Shown here one piece after another: positions 57,639 to 62,453 of a stretch of DNA of 62,453 nt (position 1 is its first letter; each line of letters starts with the position of its first letter). This DNA is from an uncultured Oscillospiraceae bacterium. Its GTDB lineage: Bacteria; Bacillota; Clostridia; Oscillospirales; Oscillospiraceae. The notes beneath the pieces were generated by a model. It was given only the letters and a program-made list of their open reading frames with translations, did not search any database and was not told the origin of the DNA. The stretch lies in assembly GCA_944387775.1 (NCBI GenBank), contig CALXGE010000001.1, forward strand, positions 1 to 62,453, in the 5' to 3' direction. The translations under genes and the position numbers were made by a program.

Positions 57639-57689
57639 AAAAAACCTCTGCCTGCAGTGTACACAGCATACTGCAGGCAGAGGTTTTTT
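57639..57689. terminator. Strong bidirectional terminator
   Basis: AAAAACCTCTGCCTGCAGT...ACTGCAGGCAGAGGTTTTTT. Confidence 0.75.
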
Positions 57690-57771
57690 ATGAAAAACTA
57701 TGTAATTTGCGAAAGAAAAGTATAAGGCTTTGCCTAGAAATTTATCACATTCTCGCCCTGTAAATTTTACC

Positions 57772-58170
57772 CTATAGAGGCAGTCCGTTATCTCTTTTGT
57801 TAATATCGCGTATAGAAATGGCAAGGTTTAATAGCAAGAGTAAGAAAATGGATACTGCTAAAATAAGAATGATTTTTTTCCGGTATATTGGCATGCCTGG
57901 TGTAATATGGGTGATCGTGAGAAAATTAAAATAAGAAAGAAGACAGAGACTGCAGATTGCAAGAGAAAGCCCATATATTGTCCAACGAAATTTCTGACCC
58001 CGAATTTCACGGTATGTGAAACGTGTTTGATTATAACCGGAAAGAATCTCCAGCAAAGGTAATAGACTATACAAAAGCAACATTTCCTGGGAAGACAGAG
58101 TGATGATTTTAGGAATTAAGAAAATTGCACCAAGAGCAAGTGATATAAGGAAGCTAAATACTTTTTTCAT
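57772..58170 (-). CDS. Small hypothetical membrane protein
   Basis: 132 aa from MKKVFSFLISL, with 4 hydrophobic segments and a gagaggtg RBS. The upstream part of the ORF-track ORF looks like an XRE-HTH remnant. Confidence 0.45.
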   Translation of the reverse strand: MKKVFSFLISLALGAIFLIPKIITLSSQEMLLLYSLLPLLEILSGYNQTRFTYREIRGQKFRWTIYGLSLAICSLCLLSYFNFLTITHITPGMPIYRKKIILILAVSIFLLLLLNLAISIRDINKRDNGLPL

Positions 58171-58454
58171 ACACACACCTCTCAGAAAACCGCTCGATTG
58201 TGGAGACGCAATTAACACGCTGAAAATCCACTTTCTCCTGATATGCTGGGAAGATAAGTCTGCTAGCTCAGCTAATTCTTTTTGACTCAAGCCAGCTTAG
58301 TTCCTGTGCCCATGGATGTTGTATCCGATTTCTTTATAATATTCATTATACCATAAGTCCCTTGCGTATGAAAGTGTAAGGGCAGGGTAGTATTGTGTTC
58401 GAGTAACTCGTATCTCCTACTTGTGATGTGTTGTGTACAAAACTATAATGGCGC

Positions 58455-58475
58455 TAGGACATTTCTGCAACATTT
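58455..58475 (+). promoter_or_regulatory. 21-nt motif TAGGACATTTCTGCAACATTT, copy 1 (upstream of the response-regulator gene)
   Basis: An exact 21-nt repeat of the sequence at 60296-60316, read directly. Confidence 0.6.
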
Positions 58476-58524
58476 CAGCTTTACAATAAAAATGCGCACA
58501 CTGAAGAAGAGAGGGAGTGAACGC

Positions 58525-59214
58525 GTGAGAAGCATACTGATCGTGGAGGACGATACGCTCCTGAACCGTACTTTGGGATATAACCTGGCATCTGACGGCT
58601 ATGATGTCACATCGGCCTGCAACTATAAGAGTGCTGTTCAACGGTTGAAAGAGAAAGAATTTGATATTGCTCTCCTGGACATCAATCTGCCCGATGGCAG
58701 AGGGCTGGACCTTTGCGAAGAAATCCGGGGCCGTGGCCAGTACACCTATATCATTTTTATCACCGCCAACGATAAGGAAAGCGATATGCTGGAGGGCTAT
58801 GAAGCTGGCGGGGCTGACTATGTAACAAAGCCCTTTTCGGTGACGGTGCTGTGCAAAAAAGTGGCAGCCATCTTCGCCAATATGGAGCTTCACGCACCTC
58901 GTCACGATCTGTTTGATGATGGCTTCCTGAAAATTGATTTCTCTGCGCAAAGCGCATCCCTTGCCGGGGCGTCGCTGGACTTTACGCCGAAGGAGTACCG
59001 CACCCTGTTTCTGTTTGTGAAGAATCCCCGCATTATCTTGACCAAACGGCAGATTTGAGAGAAGTTGTGGGACATTGACGGGGACTTTGTGGACGAGCAC
59101 ACCCTGACCACTATTATTAGTCGCATCCGTAAGAAAATTGAAACGAACGAGCACAAGTATATCAAGACGGCCTACGGAATGGGCTATCAATGGATCGGCG
59201 GTGAGCAAAAATGA
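58525..59214 (+). pseudogene. OmpR-family response regulator interrupted by an in-frame TGA
   Basis: GTG start after gagggag. A receiver domain (ILIVEDD...DINLPDG) and a winged-helix domain are present. TGA at 59056-59058 falls inside ...ILTKRQI*EKLWDIDGDFVDEHTLTTIISRIRKKIE..., where homologues have Leu. Confidence 0.7.
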
Positions 59215-60242
59215 AACTGGAGAACTTGTCCATGAAGAAATTTCTGTGGCTCATTCTCTACGGTGTCCTTTCGACCTCGGCACTCTTACTGTTTGGTCTG
59301 TTCTGGGTCACGAAAAATCTATGGGCAGTTTTGTATGGAGGATTTCTGACTGTTGCGCTTTTGGTATGGGGCGGGGTTTTCCTGTATTACTTTCAAAGGA
59401 AACTGACCCTGTTCACAGATAGCCTGTGCCGGACGCTGGATGACATGATGGACAGCACTGCGCGGCCTGAGATGGATTATGAAGCGGAAACGCTGCTTGC
59501 CCGGATCAGCCACCGGCTGGAACGGCTCTATCATGTCATGCAGAAAAGCCGGGATACCATCGCAAAGGAAAAAGCCGACCTGCAATCCCTGCTGTCGGAT
59601 ATTTCCCACCAGACCAAGACCCCTATCGCCAATTTGAAGATGATCAATGAAACCATGCTGACCCGTCCCATTTCAGAGGAACAGCGGAAAGAGTTTTTGG
59701 AGTCCACCGGCAGTCAGCTTGATAAGCTGGACTTTCTGATTCAGGCAATGGTAAAAACTTCCCGGCTGGAGTCCGGTGTGATCACTCTGGAGAAAAAGGA
59801 TGCTCTCGTGGAAGAAACACTGGTGAAGGCAGTCAATGGGATTCTGGCGCCAATGGAAAAAAAGAATATTGAGCTAACAGTAGATTGCCCAGAAGGGCTG
59901 ACCATTTCCCATGACAGCCGCTGGACTTCCGAGGCCCTGTTCAATCTGCTGGACAATGCGGTGAAGTATACTCTTGCTGGCGGCAGTATCCATGTGTCCG
60001 TTCAGAATTGGGAAATGTATCTGAAGATTGATGTGACTGATACGGGCCGCGGTATCCCGGAACGGGAACAGGCTGCTATCTTCAAGCGGTTTTACCGGGA
60101 AGAAGCCGTACATGATGTGGACGGGATCGGGATTGGACTGTACCTTGTCAGAGAGATCATCACCATGCAGGGCGGCTATATCATGGTGACTTCCGATGTT
60201 GGAAGAGGTTCTACTTTTTCAGTATTTCTGCCACGAGAATAA
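59211..60242 (+). CDS. HisKA/HATPase sensor histidine kinase
   Basis: 343 aa with 2 TM segments, an H-box LSDISHQTKTPIAN, an N-box LLDNAVKYT and G-boxes DTGRGIP/GIGIGLY. An ATGA overlap joins it to the regulator gene. Confidence 0.85.
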   Translation: MKLENLSMKKFLWLILYGVLSTSALLLFGLFWVTKNLWAVLYGGFLTVALLVWGGVFLYYFQRKLTLFTDSLCRTLDDMMDSTARPEMDYEAETLLARISHRLERLYHVMQKSRDTIAKEKADLQSLLSDISHQTKTPIANLKMINETMLTRPISEEQRKEFLESTGSQLDKLDFLIQAMVKTSRLESGVITLEKKDALVEETLVKAVNGILAPMEKKNIELTVDCPEGLTISHDSRWTSEALFNLLDNAVKYTLAGGSIHVSVQNWEMYLKIDVTDTGRGIPEREQAAIFKRFYREEAVHDVDGIGIGLYLVREIITMQGGYIMVTSDVGRGSTFSVFLPRE

Positions 60243-60295
60243 TGAAGCGGCGGTCTGCCGATGTTGGACCGCTGTTTTTTCTCAATTATTTATTT

Positions 60296-60316
60296 TAGGA
60301 CATTTCTGCAACATTT
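60296..60316 (+). promoter_or_regulatory. 21-nt motif TAGGACATTTCTGCAACATTT, copy 2 (upstream of the ABC genes)
   Basis: An exact repeat of 58455-58475. Confidence 0.6.
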
Positions 60317-60361
60317 GACCGGTACCCTTTTTTGCATCAAGCAGAGAAAGGCAGTATTCCT

Positions 60362-60666
60362 ATGAGTATCTTGCAAACAAGTAATTTGAAAAAATACTAC
60401 GGCACAGAGCCCAATATCACCCGTGCTCTGGATGGTGTGACCTTATCTGTAGAGGAGGGAGAGTTTGTAGCCGTGGTCGGGACATCCGGCTCCGGAAAAT
60501 CCACCCTGCTGCACATGATGGGCGGGCTGGACATGCCTACTTCCGGCAGCGTCTTGGTGCGGGATAGGGAACTAGCGAAGATGAATGACGAGCAGCTTAC
60601 CATCTTCCGCCGCCGCAATATCGGCTTTGTGTTCCAGAACTACAACTTGGTACCAATTCTCAATGC
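60362..60666 (+). pseudogene. ABC ATP-binding protein (MacB/FtsE-like), N-terminal third only
   Basis: It has Walker A GTSGSGKST and the Q-loop region ...IGFVFQNYNLVPILNA. Homology then stops. The signature motif and Walker B are absent. Confidence 0.7.
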
Positions 60667-61927
60667 TGATCGGTTCTGTTTTCAGCGTTGGCATGAGCCT
60701 TGTAGAATCTGTGAAGATGGAGCAAATACACCTTGCGGGTACGATGGCTCACGCTGCTGTGGGGCATCCTACGGCTTCACAGATCGAGCAGCTTCACAAT
60801 TTGGATTATGTGAAAACGGTGGGAACCAGCAATAGTGTCGGCTATGTAGAAAATACGGCGGAAATGGGAAATATCAGTTTGACCCTTCATTATTTTGATG
60901 AAACAGAATGGGAAGAACTGCGCGCCCCTGCCTATGTGGATGTAGAGGGCAGCTATCCAGAGAAAGAAAATGAGATCATGGTTTCTCGTGCAGTTTTGGA
61001 GCGGATGGGAATTAATGATCCATCTATCGGTATGGAAATCCCCCTTGCCTACTACACAGACAGCGACAAGAAAGGTGCATTGATGGAGGAAACCTTCTGC
61101 CTGTCAGGGTGGTTTACAAGCTATGCCTTTGTCCAATCAACCGATACTACAGACGTGATTTTCGTTTCCCAGGAGCTGTCACAAAAATATGGAAAGACCG
61201 TGGAGAGAGATGGCTCTGCGTCGGTGAAATTTGTAGATGAAACGCGCATTTCTGAGTATTGCGACGCATTGGCAATCGACTTGAGCTTATCGGAAAATCA
61301 GCCCATTGCAACGGTACAGCTCTACGATACAAGTGCTGGACAGGAAATAGCCATCGTGCTTTCCTTAGGTGCTGTTGCAGTTTTCCTGATTTTTACCGGG
61401 TATCTGCTGATCTACAATATCCTGTATATTTCAATCTCCCGTGATGTGCGGTTTTACGGGTTGCTGAAAACGCTTGGCGCAACAGCGAAACAAATCAAGA
61501 GCGTCGTTAGAGGGCAAATCTTGCGGCTTTGCCTCATTGGAATACCTGTTGGTATCGTTATTTCGCTCGTGCTCTCGCTGAGAATGGTTCCATTCTTTAT
61601 ATCTGCGCTTGATGCTGTTTCTGCAGATGGAGCCGTTGTGTCTTTTTCTCCCGTCATCTATGTAGGTGCGAGCGTTTTGCCATTGCTTACAGCAATATTG
61701 GGAGCATCGAAACCAGCCCGAAAAGCGGCAAGTATTTCTCCCATAGAAGCACAAAAATATACGGGAGTAGCTGGAAACATAAACGGTATACGGTCAGTTG
61801 CTCACGGAAAACCCATACGAATGGCTTGGCGCAATATCTTCCGGGGCAAAAAGCGTGCGGGGGTGGTGTTGCTCAGTCTGTTTTTAGGCGTGACGACTTT
61901 TTTGACCGTCACAACATTGGTTTTTAG
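60663..61927 (+). pseudogene. FtsX-family ABC permease fragment (N-terminus deleted, C-terminus truncated)
   Basis: In the other frame, from about 60663, the sequence reads LIGSVFSVGMSLVESVKMEQIHLAGT..., followed by an extracellular domain and the FtsX TM bundle (...RFYGLLKTLGATAKQIKSVV...). It is cut at about 61925 after ...FLTVTTLVFSM. Confidence 0.65.
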
Positions 61928-62326
61928 TATGAGGATAATGTGTCCGGTAAGATCGACGATGCCCGGTTTGCCAAAATGTCCAAGCGGTATGAGCAGGAGC
62001 AGGGCGAAAACGCCAAGAAAATCAAGGCGCTTCGTCTGGAACTGAAAAAGCTGGAAGATAAGCGGATGGATGTGGACACCTTCTTGGAAACGGTGCGCCG
62101 CTACACCGACGCTACCGCCATCACCAAGCGCATGGTTGCCGAACTCATTGAGTATATCGAGGTCTATCCTGCGGTCAAGGAGGACGGTGTTACCAATCAG
62201 CGGGTGACGATCCACTACAACTGCATCGGGGCCTTTGAGGTGCCGGATCGCCGGAAAATCCCCGAGCGGGATATTCTGCTGGAAACGAGAAAAGGCGTAG
62301 CATTAAGCTACGCCCCGGCGGTGTAA
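61928..62326 (+). mobile_element. 5'-truncated large serine recombinase fragment (DUF4368-like C-terminal region)
   Basis: YEDNVSGKIDDARFAKMSKRYEQEQ...ITKRMVAELIEYIEVYPA...VTIHYNCIGAFEVP is the C-terminal coiled-coil/DUF4368 pattern of clostridial large serine recombinases. No N-terminal catalytic domain precedes it. Confidence 0.6.
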
Positions 62327-62340
62327 AGGTGGTGTGGGAT

Positions 62341-62453
62341 ATGAGAGCATTTCTCTATTGCCGTGTCGCCCATGAAGATTCTTTCGCATTGGAACACCAG
62401 CGGTTTCTGCTCCAGCTCTACGCAAAGCAGGCGGGATATACCATCATCGGCGC
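62341..62453 (+). CDS. Serine recombinase-family protein, N-terminal 37 codons (runs off the window)
   Basis: MRAFLYCRVAHEDSFALEHQRFLLQLYAKQAGYTIIG resembles the resolvase-domain start Y-x-R-V-S...Q. The position after RV is Ala here. Confidence 0.5.
   Translation, partial: MRAFLYCRVAHEDSFALEHQRFLLQLYAKQAGYTIIG

Noticed and set aside
58171-58290. An XRE-type HTH-like stretch (SQKELAELADLSSQHI) fused upstream of the small membrane protein ORF.
   Set aside because: Only about 16 residues resemble an HTH, and they are followed by non-homologous sequence. The membrane protein has its own RBS and ATG at 58170. The stretch is probably a remnant, not a functional domain.
59056-59058. The in-frame TGA in the OmpR-type regulator as a possible third selenocysteine codon.
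   Set aside because: It falls where homologues have Leu (ILTKRQ-L-LEKLWD), not at a redox Cys or Sec site, and the neighbouring genes are also damaged. A nonsense mutation is far more likely.

Overview
62.5-kb chromosomal window from a high-GC anaerobic Firmicute. A Clostridia or Oscillospiraceae-like origin is inferred from gene content only. Most long antisense ORFs in the six-frame track are GC-driven shadows.

Gene order, left to right:
- Partial tRNA-Ala, an RluA-type pseudouridine synthase, efp and an acidic zinc-ribbon protein.
- A complete THF-dependent histidine-utilisation cluster: hutH, hutU, hutI, glutamate formimidoyltransferase and cyclodeaminase. A YerC/TrpR-like gene is embedded in it.
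- A raffinose-type sugar locus: YesL, a sugar ABC importer, a GH36 alpha-galactosidase, an AraC regulator and an amylosucrase-like GH13 enzyme.
- A cobalamin-riboswitch-controlled operon: a BtuF/FecCD/FepC-type importer plus cbiC, cbiD and cbiJ.
- A first ornithine carbamoyltransferase (OTC) copy.
- A roughly 11-kb peptidase/amidohydrolase island that includes a two-gene uncharacterised membrane module.
- A UvrD-like helicase and an AraC regulator with two DNA-binding domains.
- An arcA-arcB operon, with the second near-identical OTC copy, ending in a putative LOR/SDH-type ornithine cyclodeaminase.
- A flavodoxin/4Fe-4S protein, a LytTR two-component pair with a frameshifted AgrC-like kinase, a GGDEF protein, and a LysR regulator with a MATE exporter.
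- A small selenoprotein locus.
- A decayed OmpR/HisKA plus ABC/FtsX module that ends in serine-recombinase fragments.

The most interesting signal is the selenoprotein locus at 53.4-57.5 kb. grdA carries an in-frame UGA (Sec44). Next to it is a second UGA-containing gene whose N-terminus looks like GrdE/GrdI and whose C-terminus is the Sec active-site region of GrdB/GrdH. A TetR regulator and a BCCT transporter sit alongside, and a shared TATAATCGCG(A/T)TT motif at two promoters links them.

No CRISPR array, rRNA or intact transposon was seen.
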